From Longimicrobiales bacterium (GTDB lineage: Bacteria; Gemmatimonadota; Gemmatimonadetes; Longimicrobiales; Gaopeijiaceae), in assembly GCA_965225805.1 (NCBI GenBank), contig OZ245327.1, positions 1,604,603 through 1,668,602 of the forward strand: a stretch of 64,000 nucleotides of DNA. The letters run 5' to 3'. A program made the position numbers and the translations under genes. Positions 16,079 through 25,832 of the stretch are shown here, piece by piece. The notes beneath the pieces are model-generated. The model was not told the origin of the DNA. It was given only the letters and a program-made list of their open reading frames with translations, and did not search any database. The first letter of the stretch is position 1; every line of letters starts with the position of its first letter.

Positions 16079-18052
16079 ATGAACATCCGGGAAATACGGG
16101 TCAAGAACTTCCGCTCCTTGCGCGATGCCACGCTATCGTGCGACCGCCTCACGGCGATCGTTGGCCGAAACGGCACAGGGAAGTCGTCGTTTCTTCGGGC
16201 CCTGGAGCTATTCTATGACCAATCCGCGATGGCAACTCCTGACGACTTCTACAACGGCGACATCGATCAGGACATTTCCATTACCGTAACGTTCTCGGAC
16301 CTTACGCCCGACGCGCTTCGTCTATTCTCTTCGTACGTGGACAAAGGTATGCTCTCCGTCACGCGAGTGTTCTCCGGCGAGCAGGGGAGGAACAACGGGA
16401 GGTATCACGGTACCCGTCTGCGAAATGAGGAGTTTGATCCCGTCCGAAACGCTGGGGGGTTGCGAGCGGTTACGACCGCGTACAGGAAGCTCCACGCGGA
16501 CCAGCCAGAGAAATACGGATCACTACCGCCGGTCACGAGGGGAGCCGATGCCCTGGCCGCGCTCGAAGATTGGGAGAATCGGCATCCGCAGGCGTGCAGC
16601 CCGGCCCTCGACGAGGGTCAGTTCTTTGGTTTCAAAGGTGTTGGGAAGGGATACCTGGGGAAGCACACCACGTTCATACGCATTCCGGCCGTCCGTGATG
16701 CGCTGTCCGATGCCACGGAGGCACGAGGCTCGTCCATGACACAGCTCATGGACAAGGTCGTGCGCGGAACCCTCGCGTCACGAGCCGACGTGATGAGCTT
16801 CGAAGCAGAGGTAAAGGCTCGGTACGTAACGCTATTCGATTCCTCGAACCTGGAGGAGCTACGGGGCTTGGAGTCGCAGCTGGCTGCGACGCTGGGTCAG
16901 TATGCCCCCAATGCGGGGATCACTCTGGACTGGTCACAGCTCGATGGGCCGCAGATTCCGATGCCGCAGGCGCAGGTGAAGCTGTCGGAGGACGGGTATG
17001 AGTCGGCGGTGGGCCGAGCCGGACATGGCCTTCAAAGAGCCTTCATTCTTACGGCGCTGCAGCATCTTGTGGCGACGCAAGTTGCTGATCCGAGCGAGAA
17101 AGCCAGTGGAGAATCGGGGGAGGCCACGTCCGATGCAGGCAGCGACGATCTTCCCAGTCTCGTCCTCGCCATCGAAGAACCCGAGCTGTACCAACACCCC
17201 AGCCGTCAGCGCCACATGGCGTCGGTGTTGTACGATTTGGCCATGGGTTCCATCCCAGGTGTCGCAAAACGGACTCAAGTCCTCTACACGACGCACGCGC
17301 CCCTCTTCGTAGGGCTCGACCGGGTCGATCAGATAAGGCTCCTCAGAAAGCGGAGTCACCAACCGACGCAACCGCCGGTCACGATGGTTCACGCCACAAG
17401 CCTGACACAGGTCGCGGAGGAACTCTGGAGCATTTCGGATCGGAAGGGAGTCAAGTACACGGCCGAGACGCTCCGACCCCGTATGCAAGTCCTTCTGACG
17501 CCGTGGATGAACGAAGGGTTCTTCGCGGATGTTGTCGTGCTAGTAGAAGGAGAAGGCGATCGCTCGGCGCTACTCGCCGTCGGAGAGCTGGAGGGCCACG
17601 ACATGGAATCGATGGGGATCTGCGTCGTACCGTGTGGCGGCAAGCGGAGCCTGGATCGACCGACCGTCGTGTTCCGAGAGTTGGGTATTCCCACCTACGT
17701 GATCTGGGACAACGACAACGGTAGTCGCAATGCGAGGCCTGAAGACAACAGGCACCTGCTGCGGCTTGTCGAAGCCGAGGAGCAGGATTGGCCTGCGGGC
17801 GTCTGGGACACGCACGCCGCCTTGGACGGAAATCTCGAACGCGTGCTGAAGCGAGAGATATCGGAGGGGGTCTTTGAAGACCTACTCAGTGACCGACGGG
17901 ATGAGTTCGGGATGAAGAAAAACCGGGCGCGGAAGAACCCGTTCATCCTGCGCTCAATCATCAGGGACGCGAACGCCAAGGGGCTAGGGAGTCGCACGCT
18001 GAGCGACATCGTGAACGCGATCGTCCAGATCCATCCCATGCACGGAGATTGA
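16079..18052 (+). CDS. OLD-family ATP-dependent endonuclease (ABC ATPase + TOPRIM)
   Basis: IREIRVKNFRSLRD...IVGRNGTGKSSFLRALE (Walker A), LVLAIEEPELYQHP (Walker B/D-loop), VVLVEGEGDRSAL and VIWDNDNG (TOPRIM Glu and DxD). Confidence 0.85.
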   Translation: MNIREIRVKNFRSLRDATLSCDRLTAIVGRNGTGKSSFLRALELFYDQSAMATPDDFYNGDIDQDISITVTFSDLTPDALRLFSSYVDKGMLSVTRVFSGEQGRNNGRYHGTRLRNEEFDPVRNAGGLRAVTTAYRKLHADQPEKYGSLPPVTRGADALAALEDWENRHPQACSPALDEGQFFGFKGVGKGYLGKHTTFIRIPAVRDALSDATEARGSSMTQLMDKVVRGTLASRADVMSFEAEVKARYVTLFDSSNLEELRGLESQLAATLGQYAPNAGITLDWSQLDGPQIPMPQAQVKLSEDGYESAVGRAGHGLQRAFILTALQHLVATQVADPSEKASGESGEATSDAGSDDLPSLVLAIEEPELYQHPSRQRHMASVLYDLAMGSIPGVAKRTQVLYTTHAPLFVGLDRVDQIRLLRKRSHQPTQPPVTMVHATSLTQVAEELWSISDRKGVKYTAETLRPRMQVLLTPWMNEGFFADVVVLVEGEGDRSALLAVGELEGHDMESMGICVVPCGGKRSLDRPTVVFRELGIPTYVIWDNDNGSRNARPEDNRHLLRLVEAEEQDWPAGVWDTHAALDGNLERVLKREISEGVFEDLLSDRRDEFGMKKNRARKNPFILRSIIRDANAKGLGSRTLSDIVNAIVQIHPMHGD

Positions 18053-18176
18053 GGGCGAGGGCTCGGCCGGTAGCTGTGACAGCTGAGGTTCCGAACCGTT
18101 CCCTTCGAGCCGGGCAGGGCCTGCCGAACCACCTTCCACTGGTCAAACACGCCCTGCCGAGCGAAGTTTCAGGCGC

Positions 18177-18192
18177 GCAGATCGTGCAGTCC
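18177..18192 (+). promoter_or_regulatory. conserved 16-mer GCAGATCGTGCAGTCC upstream of an integrase start (function unknown)
   Basis: The same 16-mer lies about 18-20 nt upstream of every integrase ATG of this family and inside all four junction elements. Confidence 0.4.
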
Positions 18193-18209
18193 ATCACGAG
18201 AGGAATCGA

Positions 18210-18385
18210 ATGATGGCACGCACGAAGCGGGACCGGCGCAGCTACAGCGCCGGCGAGTGGGGCCGGAACCGGGTCAGGGTGTTTCCCGATCCGAAGACCG
18301 GCATTTTTCAGATCGAGTGGCGAGAGAACGGGCGCAGGCTCACCCGGTCGCTCAAACACCGCGACTGGGCTCGCGCGAAGCGGCA
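18210..18385 (+). pseudogene. tyrosine integrase, N-terminal fragment (about 58 codons)
   Basis: MMARTKRDRRSYSAGEWGRNRVRVFPDPKTGIFQIEWRENGRRLTRSLKHRDWARAKR, after which homology stops. Confidence 0.8.
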
Positions 18386-18479
18386 TACCTCATCGGATTC
18401 ACATCTTACTGTGACCGTTGAGCTTACGCGATTCGGAGGGGTCGTTCCCGCTGTTTGATTCCCGCCGAATCGACCGGGA

Positions 18480-19640
18480 TCAGGTGCGGAGCCTCGGGCG
18501 GCTTTCCAGAGCCTTCCTGAGTTGTCCCGTGTCGGCCTGCTGGTAGCAGCGCAAAACCGTCTGGGCCTCCTTCCAGCCACCCAGCTCGCACAGCACCTTC
18601 AGCGGAAGGTCCATGAGGTCGGACGCGAATTTCCGCCTCAGCGAGTGCCAGCCGCGCCCGCGCTTGCGTCCCAGCCCCGCAAGGTCTTCGGCCCTGTTCC
18701 ACCAGTAGCGGACCGGCGACTTGCCCATGCACTTCGAGGCATCCCTGGATGCGGGCAACACCGGCGCGTCTCCGTTTCCGGGATTCCTGCGTTGCGCCTC
18801 TTCCAAGGCGGCGAGCGCCTCGGCGGTCACGGGCGTGCGGTGCTCGTATCCGCTCTTCTCGTGCTCGGCGCGCCACAGGATCGTCCTGTCCTCGAAGTCG
18901 ATGTCAGTCCACCTGAGGTGGCGGATGGCACCGATCCGGTGACCGGTCTCGTGAGCGAGCACGAGCGCGACGTGGAACCGCCAGTCCACCCGGCGCGACA
19001 CTCGTAGCATCGCGTCGTATTCCTCGTCGGAAAGGACGATCCGCGTCGGGTTCTTCTCCTTGGGCAGCTTGAGCCCTCGCAGCGGATTCGAGTCGAGCAG
19101 CAGACGGCCCTGCTCGTCCCTCGATTTGGAAGCCCAGTTGAGGACCGCGATCAGGAACTTCAGGTCGTTCTCGATCGTCCGATTCAACACCGGCTGGCGG
19201 CTCGGTCCGAGCCTGCCCGCGCGGCGTTCCCGGATGAACCGGTCCCAGTCCCGCTGCGAAAGCGTCTCGGGTCTTCGGTTTGGCCCGAGGAAGTCGAGGA
19301 ACATCCGCAACTGCATTCTGTCCCGCTGCTGAGTCTTCTCGGTCTTGGTTGGCGTCACCTCCTCGCCGTAGATTTCAAAAAGCGTTCCCAGAGTGAGCGG
19401 CTCCGGTTCGGCTTCCGCCTTGCCGTTCAGGTCCGGGCTTGCGAACCCGGCGGCGAACTCGTCCGCCTGCCGTTTGGCTCGGGTCCAGTCACGGTGACCC
19501 AAGGACCTCGTGAGCCTGCGCCCGTTCTCCCGCCACTCGATCTGGTACAAGCCGGTTTTCCGGTCGGGGAACACCCGGACCCGGTTCCGGCCCCATTCGC
19601 CAGCGCCGTAAGAGCGCCGACTTCGTTTCGTGCGTGCCAT
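18480..19640 (-). CDS. int: tyrosine recombinase / integrase (the only apparently intact copy of the family)
   Basis: MARTKRSRRSYGAGEWGRNRVRV...HVALVLAHETGHRIGAIRHLRW...GRGWHSLRRKFASDL...LGGWKEAQTVLRCYQ (R...HxxR...Y-type catalytic blocks). ATG at 19640 is preceded by GAGGAA and the 16-mer. Confidence 0.85.
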   Translation of the reverse strand: MARTKRSRRSYGAGEWGRNRVRVFPDRKTGLYQIEWRENGRRLTRSLGHRDWTRAKRQADEFAAGFASPDLNGKAEAEPEPLTLGTLFEIYGEEVTPTKTEKTQQRDRMQLRMFLDFLGPNRRPETLSQRDWDRFIRERRAGRLGPSRQPVLNRTIENDLKFLIAVLNWASKSRDEQGRLLLDSNPLRGLKLPKEKNPTRIVLSDEEYDAMLRVSRRVDWRFHVALVLAHETGHRIGAIRHLRWTDIDFEDRTILWRAEHEKSGYEHRTPVTAEALAALEEAQRRNPGNGDAPVLPASRDASKCMGKSPVRYWWNRAEDLAGLGRKRGRGWHSLRRKFASDLMDLPLKVLCELGGWKEAQTVLRCYQQADTGQLRKALESRPRLRT

Positions 19641-19671
19641 CTTTCGATTCCTCCGATTGATGGACTGCACG

Positions 19672-19687
19672 ATCTGCGCAACGGAAT
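19672..19687 (-). promoter_or_regulatory. conserved 16-mer GCAGATCGTGCAGTCC upstream of the integrase
   Basis: Plus strand reads GGACTGCACGATCTGC, 32 nt from ATG 19640. Confidence 0.4.
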
Positions 19688-20057
19688 CTCGCTGGACTCA
19701 GGCTGCTTGACCAGTGCGGCAACCGCGCCGTTCGCTTCTTGAGCCGCGCCCGAGCACTTCGCCGGGTTCTCTGGAAAGCGATGCAGGAGCGGCTGCCGGA
19801 AGCCGCTCAGCATCCACCGCTCTCCACCCTGCCGCCCGCGAATCCGGTCGTGCGGTCCACCGCAGATCGCCCGGATCTTGACCGCCGCTCGGCCGGGGCC
19901 GGTGGCGTACCGCGCGTGCACATCGACATCGGGGTGCATGTGCACGGAATCGTCGTGTCCATGTGCGCGGGCAGGAGCTACGTATGTCGCTGCCCACGTT
20001 GTGGTTACACCACGGCCGCACACACGGCGGTGCCGTTCCAGAGGGTGCGGCCGTGGC

Positions 20058-20175
20058 GGGAGCGACCCCGCCCTTCGGGTGCCTGGTACGGCACGGCGAC
20101 GGTCGGGATGTGCACGGCCATCCCAACCTCGCCTGGGGTCGCTCCCGGTCCATCAATCCCATGCGGGAAGGCCAA
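20058..20175 (+). repeat. structured repeat M1, copy 1
   Basis: GGGAGCGACCCC (20058) ... GGGGTCGCTCCC (20135) closes about 65 nt that contain the hairpins GGGATG-N8-CATCCC and GTGCC-N6-GGCAC. Followed by TCCATCAATCCCATGCGGGAAGGC. Confidence 0.8.
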
Positions 20176-20308
20176 ACGGCGAGCCGGAACGGGCGCGTCC
20201 CGGCCTTGGTCGGCGATGCCGGACAGCCCGACGGCCAAGTGGTCGGGCAACGGGTCCTCCAGCGCCTCGAAGCGACTCTCGACACCCTTCCGGGACGGAC
20301 TGTTGGCT

Positions 20309-20600
20309 GGGAGCGACCCCGCAGCGGAGGGGCGGATGGGGATGTACATCGCCATCCTGCCCGATGCCCATCGAGGCATGCCTCGATGGGGGGTCGCTCC
20401 CAGCCACGGCCCCGATGGCCGGATCGGCATCGCCGCTCCGGCGGCCGTGGCACAACCGCAAGCGCGCCAGCGACATACGGAACCGGCGGCGTGTACATCG
20501 CAGACGCGATTTCGTGTCCGGCGACCCCCGAAGCACCATGTACACTCGTGGATCGGCATCGGTACGGGCGCCCGGCGGTCAAAACGGGTCCCCCCGACAG
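20309..20600 (+). repeat. structured repeat M1 copy 2 (20309..20401) followed by module M2 copy 2
   Basis: GGGAGCGACCCC...GGGGTCGCTCCC with inner hairpin ATGCC-N6-GGCAT. The downstream sequence aligns with 15405..15620 and 60729..60900. Confidence 0.8.
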
Positions 20601-21401
20601 ACGGCTCGAATGCCACCACGGGGAGGACGTTGGAGGTAGAGACGCCATCGGGCTACGCCTTCGCCTCGGCGACAACCCTGTGGCGGACTCGGCCGCCGAT
20701 ACGCGGGCGGTGACGATGGGCGGTGCGGCGCACGGCCACGGGGAGAATTATAACCCAGTGTAGGACAGCGGTTTATGGATATAGTCGCTTGCTCGTGATC
20801 ACCCCGGCGATCACCCTTTGAGCACGGGATACCGGCATCCAATGGGCCGACGGAACTTCGCCGATTCGGTTCGGTTGTCCTGTGGTGTCTCGCGTCATGC
20901 CGTACGGTCTCCTGCGGGTTCGAGCGCTGAGCGCGTCTGGACCCATCCCGTTAGCGACGAGTGTCACTCACTTCCTATCGTCCAGCTCAGCAGCACCAGA
21001 AACAGCGACACGATAGCCCCCACAAGGGTGAACAACCATCTCTAGCCCGCGCTACGTGGCCCTTTGGGGGGTCGAAAGGGTGCGATCACCAGCCTCAGCG
21101 CCGATGTCGGATTCCGCGCAGCCGCCGATCACTACTGCGGCTCGGGCAAGGGCAGCGACGGCGATCATGTGACTTACACGGCCTGCGGACTTGGGGAATC
21201 CCATGGACCGGCGCCCAGACCGGACGCGCTCACCGTCGCCACCGCCGCGGCGCTGCTCGCCCAGCTCACCGCAGCCCCCACCATCGCGTTGCCGTTCTGG
21301 TCACGCACCTCGGCCGTGACGCCATACCGCAACAGACGGTCACGGTCAGCCAGAAGACCGGCGCAACCGGAGGCTGCGGACTGATACGCGAGAGATCATG
21401 C

Positions 21402-24400
21402 TCACCTTCTCGGCAGTCCCCGGATGACCTGGACTTGCGTACCCGACGCCATGGCCGCCGCAGATGTTGCGTCTCCGACAAACCAGTCACGCGCGATTGT
21501 TCGTACCTGGCCCGATGCACGATCAATGATCAACGCCGCCCGCCCGCCGGTGTCGCGGTCCAGGGTCGTCGAGCCCTCGGGGCCCATCAGCGTGATGCGG
21601 TCCAGGGCCTCGGACCATTCGGGCTCGAAGGGGATCGCGAACAGGAAACTGCCGCCCCCGTGGTCGAGTGCGTCCGGCGTGAAGCTGAACGAGAACAGGC
21701 GGCGCCCCTCCGCATCGAGGCCCTCGAGCCGGTAGGGACCGGGGGCCTCGGGGAGTTTCAGCCGCGCGTCATGTGCGAATGCGGGCTCCAGGCGCAGGCC
21801 CCCTTCGTGGACGCCGCCCCACAGCAGCAGGGTTTCCTGCATGGCCGCGCGCTGGGCGAAGCGGGCCTGGGCCGACGCAAGATCCAACCGATAGTCGAGA
21901 GCCTTGTTGAAGTTGGCGTCGCTGATCCAAGGCTGACGGAATCTCCAGTTGGGACATTCATCGGCCTGCATCACGTCAGAGTGTTTCTCAGGGCTAAGCA
22001 ACCGACCGAATCCCGTGTCGTCGCCGGCTATGAACCTGTGTCCCCAAGCTCCGATGGAACCATCCGGGTAGGGGAAATAGGCTGGATGATCCTCCGGGCC
22101 GTCGCAGCGGGCGTGCCAAAGACTCAGGTTGTGGCCGAGTTCGTGGGCAACGACGCGATAGAGTCCGCTGGGCTTGTCCCATATCCCTGAAATGGCGGTG
22201 TATCCGTACAGGTGGGCCCAGCCATGGGGCCCCCAGCCCGAGCCGTGGGGATAGAGGAAAACCCCATGGTAATATTCATTTGTCCCGCTGGCTTCCAGAT
22301 GCCTCAGCATATCAATCTCGCCAAGGAGCTGCAGATCACCGTTCACCATCGTGTCGGCGTACGTGAAATAGGGCTCCCGGAGCCTCACGTTCAGACCGCC
22401 AATCGGCAGCATCCCTCGGACACGACCCATCGTCCCGTAGGAGTCGGTACCGGCCATTTCACGCGTGACGTCCTCAACCACCGGATTGGTCTCCTGGTTG
22501 GCCTCCGTACTGTATAGCACGGGAACGATGGTCAGATTTAGGGGCGGGAGTTCCCGCACGTCAAGGGCGAGATGGCCCGACGCCGGAAAGCGGGTACGGC
22601 TTCCCGACTTCAAGGGCAGGACCCCGTCGGGATCCAACTCCACGACCATCTCGAGGCCGGGTTGCAGGACGTGTCCCGGAATCCTCGCGTTGAAGGAATG
22701 GCCGAGGCGGCCTTCCTCCACATCGAGGGGAATGCCCAGCGCGGGCGGCTCCAGGGAGGCGCTGTATACCTCCTGGCCACGGACCAAGAAGGTGGCTTGG
22801 CCCTCATGTCCGACGATGTAGCGTTGGTCGGCGGTTGCGAACACGCGGAGCAGCGCCTCACGGCCCGCGATGAGCGGAACGCCGCCGCTCAGGTCCTGGC
22901 TGGCCTGGGTCAGGTGGGCGGCCGGAACCGACAGGGCAACGGTCTCGGGGTTGGCCAGCACCAGAAGATCACCGGCCACGATCTCCCATCCCGAGCATTT
23001 CGGTCCCTCGGTATTCGATCCAGGGGCCTCGCACACGGTCGGCACCGGGCCGAAGGCAACCGAAACCCCCGTGCCGGAACCATCGAACGTCAGCGTGGCC
23101 TCCGTGCCCACCGTGGCGCCGGCCGCAAACGATGCGCCGGGGGACGATAGCGTACCTCCCCGCACGGAGAGGGGGATCGTCATCGCGAACGGGGTGCCCT
23201 CGGCCACGCTGAACCCCAGTGTCGCTGGGCCCGGCGACGTTGCGTCACCGTCCGTTCGGGTCACCTCCGCCGTCAGCGTAAACGGAGAGCCAGGGTTGTG
23301 CGCCAAATGGAGTTCTTTCAGGCTGGCAAGACCGGAGAACACCCCTTCGGGCAACGCGGTCAAGTCGTTCAAGCCCAGATTCAGCCATTTCAGGCTGGCG
23401 AGGCCGGAGAACACCCCTTCGGGCAAGGCGGTCAAGTCGTTGGCGCCCAAATCCAGCATACGCAGGCGGGACAGGTCGGCGAAGATGCCAACAGGCAACT
23501 CTGTGAGTCCGTTAGTGTCCAAACCGAGAGACGACAGCTTTGAGAGGCCGGAGAACACCCCCGCAGGCAACTCCGTGAGTCGATTCACAAATAACGGCAG
23601 GTCCTCCAGGTTTGAGAGGTCGGAAAACACTCCTTCGGGCAACGCGGTGAGTTCGTTGAGGCTCAACTGCAGCGATCGTAAGCGGGATAGGCCGGAGAAC
23701 ACCCCTTCGGGCAAGGCGGTCAAGTCGTTCCCGCCCAGATTCAGCCATTCCAGTGCGGCGAAGCCCAGGAAATCGCCTTCGCGTAAGACGGTGATGGGGT
23801 CATCCTCCCGTGCGCACCCCTGCCACTCCACCTTCGGAAAGCACAGGTCCAACCCGTGGATCGACGCCAAATGCCGGTCCTCGACCTCTGCGCAGTCGCC
23901 GAGGCCTGCCTGCTGGACGATCTCGTCTCCGACCTGCGGCGTCCGGTCGCACACGCCTTCCTCGATCGTCACCGCTGCGCTGGCAACGACGCCAAGCCCA
24001 TATCCAGCATCACTCCCAGGCGTGTCCAGGGTCAGCGTGAACACCTCGCGCACCGGCTCTATGTCGTCATCGTCATTGATGGCGATCTCGATCACCGCAG
24101 CACTTGCCCCTGCCGCGATCTCGACCGCGCCCCCGCCGCCGTCCGTGTAGTCGGACCCGTCCGCGTCCGAGGTCGCCGGGTCGCCATCTACCCCGAGCGT
24201 GTAGCGCACGCTGATCGCCGAATCCGGCACCGGGTCGACCGTCAGTGCCAGCGTGACCACACCGCCCTCTGGGGCCGACTCTGCACCGCTGTCCAGTGTC
24301 ACCATGGAACCCACCGACACCGTCACGGTCGCGGTGCCCGACACCGAGCCGGCCGTCGCCGTGATCGTCGCCGTCCCGTTTGCTGCGGCAGTTACCAGCC

Positions 24401-24725
24401 CGGAGTTACTCACCGTGGCCACCGCGGCGCTGCCGCTCGCCCAAGTTACGGAGGCGCTGGCCATCGCCTGGCCGTGTTGGTCGCGCACCTCGGCCCGGAG
24501 CTGTACGGTCTCCCCCAGGGCCGTGAGTTCTGCGGTCGCGGGGGTCACCATAACCGTCGTAGGCCGGGGGGGATCGGGAGGAGGCGCCGGCGGCTCCGTG
24601 GAGCCGTCCCCGCAGGCCGCTGCCCAAGCGACTGTTGCCATCGCTGATGTCAAGACGATGAAGAGCCGCTTACGGCTATTCCTGCCTCTCGCCAGGAAGG
24701 TGCTCACGAAGCGAGGCCGTTTCAA
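21402..24725 (-). CDS. large lipoprotein: Big_2 Ig-like + Calx-beta-like + LRR array + C-terminal metzincin-like zinc protease domain
   Basis: 1107 aa. TTG start after AAAGGAGGA. Lipobox WAAAC. VTPATAELTALGETVQLRAEVRDQHG (Big_2). LRR units L..L.L..N.LTALPEGVFSGL. HELGHNLSLWH (HExxHxxxxxH). Confidence 0.8.
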   Translation of the reverse strand: MKRPRFVSTFLARGRNSRKRLFIVLTSAMATVAWAAACGDGSTEPPAPPPDPPRPTTVMVTPATAELTALGETVQLRAEVRDQHGQAMASASVTWASGSAAVATVSNSGLVTAAANGTATITATAGSVSGTATVTVSVGSMVTLDSGAESAPEGGVVTLALTVDPVPDSAISVRYTLGVDGDPATSDADGSDYTDGGGGAVEIAAGASAAVIEIAINDDDDIEPVREVFTLTLDTPGSDAGYGLGVVASAAVTIEEGVCDRTPQVGDEIVQQAGLGDCAEVEDRHLASIHGLDLCFPKVEWQGCAREDDPITVLREGDFLGFAALEWLNLGGNDLTALPEGVFSGLSRLRSLQLSLNELTALPEGVFSDLSNLEDLPLFVNRLTELPAGVFSGLSKLSSLGLDTNGLTELPVGIFADLSRLRMLDLGANDLTALPEGVFSGLASLKWLNLGLNDLTALPEGVFSGLASLKELHLAHNPGSPFTLTAEVTRTDGDATSPGPATLGFSVAEGTPFAMTIPLSVRGGTLSSPGASFAAGATVGTEATLTFDGSGTGVSVAFGPVPTVCEAPGSNTEGPKCSGWEIVAGDLLVLANPETVALSVPAAHLTQASQDLSGGVPLIAGREALLRVFATADQRYIVGHEGQATFLVRGQEVYSASLEPPALGIPLDVEEGRLGHSFNARIPGHVLQPGLEMVVELDPDGVLPLKSGSRTRFPASGHLALDVRELPPLNLTIVPVLYSTEANQETNPVVEDVTREMAGTDSYGTMGRVRGMLPIGGLNVRLREPYFTYADTMVNGDLQLLGEIDMLRHLEASGTNEYYHGVFLYPHGSGWGPHGWAHLYGYTAISGIWDKPSGLYRVVAHELGHNLSLWHARCDGPEDHPAYFPYPDGSIGAWGHRFIAGDDTGFGRLLSPEKHSDVMQADECPNWRFRQPWISDANFNKALDYRLDLASAQARFAQRAAMQETLLLWGGVHEGGLRLEPAFAHDARLKLPEAPGPYRLEGLDAEGRRLFSFSFTPDALDHGGGSFLFAIPFEPEWSEALDRITLMGPEGSTTLDRDTGGRAALIIDRASGQVRTIARDWFVGDATSAAAMASGTQVQVIRGLPRR

Positions 24726-24956
24726 CGTCTCCTCCTTTCAACGATTGCCGGAAGCGGGCAAACGAACGCCGAGGGTCGACCGCCGGTCCCGCGATGCCTA
24801 GGCTCATCAATGCTCGGCCAAAGGTAGGGCATCTGGCTCGCACTTGATACAATACAGACAAGATTTAATAATACATACAGTTGGGCGCCCAAGCTGCGAG
24901 CATAGATTGCTTGGACAGGACGGGTGGACAAGACGTGAGTGTACTTATTGCTATCG

Positions 24957-25832
24957 CTATTTTGTATGTATCTTTCTTCCGAAGCGGAGGTGGCATCCGA
25001 CATCTGCTTGCACGGCCTTGCCGGAGCCCTGTGGGGTTTTGAGGGGAGGCATTGGGACCGCTGCTTCACGGAGGGCAGAAACGCCGCCGCCAACGAAGCT
25101 CTTTGGAAGCCGGACGCGAATAGCTTCCCTACCGGGCTGGCGCCAGGACGGCCACCTGCCTGACCCATTGCGAGTGAGCTGGTCCGGGCAGCGCACCTCC
25201 GCCGCGTTCTGGGCCTTTGGCAGCGGCGCCTTGAGGTGCTTCTGGATGTGGCCGGGCTTCGGCAGCGCCGCCCGGATCGCCTCGCCCGCTGGGTTGTCGA
25301 CCCGGTAGCCCTGCGCGATCGCCCACTTCATCACCGTCCCGATCCGCTCCCGCACCCGCTTGGCCGTCGTGTGCTTCGCGCTCCAGATCGGCATCAGCAC
25401 GCCCATGACGTCGGCCGACGTGATCCGGTCCACCCGCTTCCCCCCGATCCTCGGATGCACGTACATGCGAAGCGTCGACGCCCACTGGGCCGCGTGCTTG
25501 GCGCTCCACGAGGTACGATGCATGGCGAAGACCTTCGCCGCCGCTCGCTCGAACGTCGGCACCGAGCGGCGGCGTGTCGCCCTCGGGTCGCCTCCCGCTC
25601 TGGCCACCTTGCGGTTGGCCAGCGCGGCGTCCCGCGCCTCGGCCAGCGTCACGAGGCGGACGGGACCGAGCCCCAGTTCCCGGCGCTTGCCGTGGATGAA
25701 CAGCCGCTGGATCCACTGCTTGTAGCCGGACGGCTTGACGCGGAGCACGAGGCCGTGCTCGTCCCAGTAGAGCCCCGGCTCGTGGACGCTTCGCACGAAG
25801 GCGGCGGTGAGTTTCCTGCCGTGTTTGCCCAT
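24957..25832 (-). pseudogene. P4-type (DUF4102 arm-binding) tyrosine integrase, N-terminal half only
   Basis: KLTAAFVRSVHEPGLYWDEHGLVLRVKPSGYKQWIQRLFIHGKRRELGLGP...AEARDAALANRKVARAGGDP...KHAAQWASTLRMYVHP. Family-like sequence stops near 25200. No catalytic domain follows. Confidence 0.65.

Noticed and set aside
20055-20420. Possibility that the M1 inverted repeats are retron msr/msd or a MITE with terminal inverted repeats.
   Set aside because: There is no adjacent retron-type reverse transcriptase; the only RT in the window is the group II intron maturase, 10 kb away. No target-site duplications are visible, and the copies differ in what flanks them. The function is left open rather than assigned.
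19698-20763. Cluster of 200-325-aa ORFs on both strands in the 19.7-20.8 kb region.
   Set aside because: There are no family motifs, and compositions are dominated by R/P/G/A. The DNA is instead explained by inverted copies of the M1/M2 structured repeats. A very short conserved peptide (HIPTVAVPY) is noted as a caveat but not called.
24730-24960. Noticeably AT-richer spacer upstream of the LRR protease gene, considered as a possible island boundary or origin-like region.
   Set aside because: It is most simply the promoter/leader of the protease gene (strong AAAGGAGGA-TTG start at 24725). No repeats or att-like motifs were found in it.
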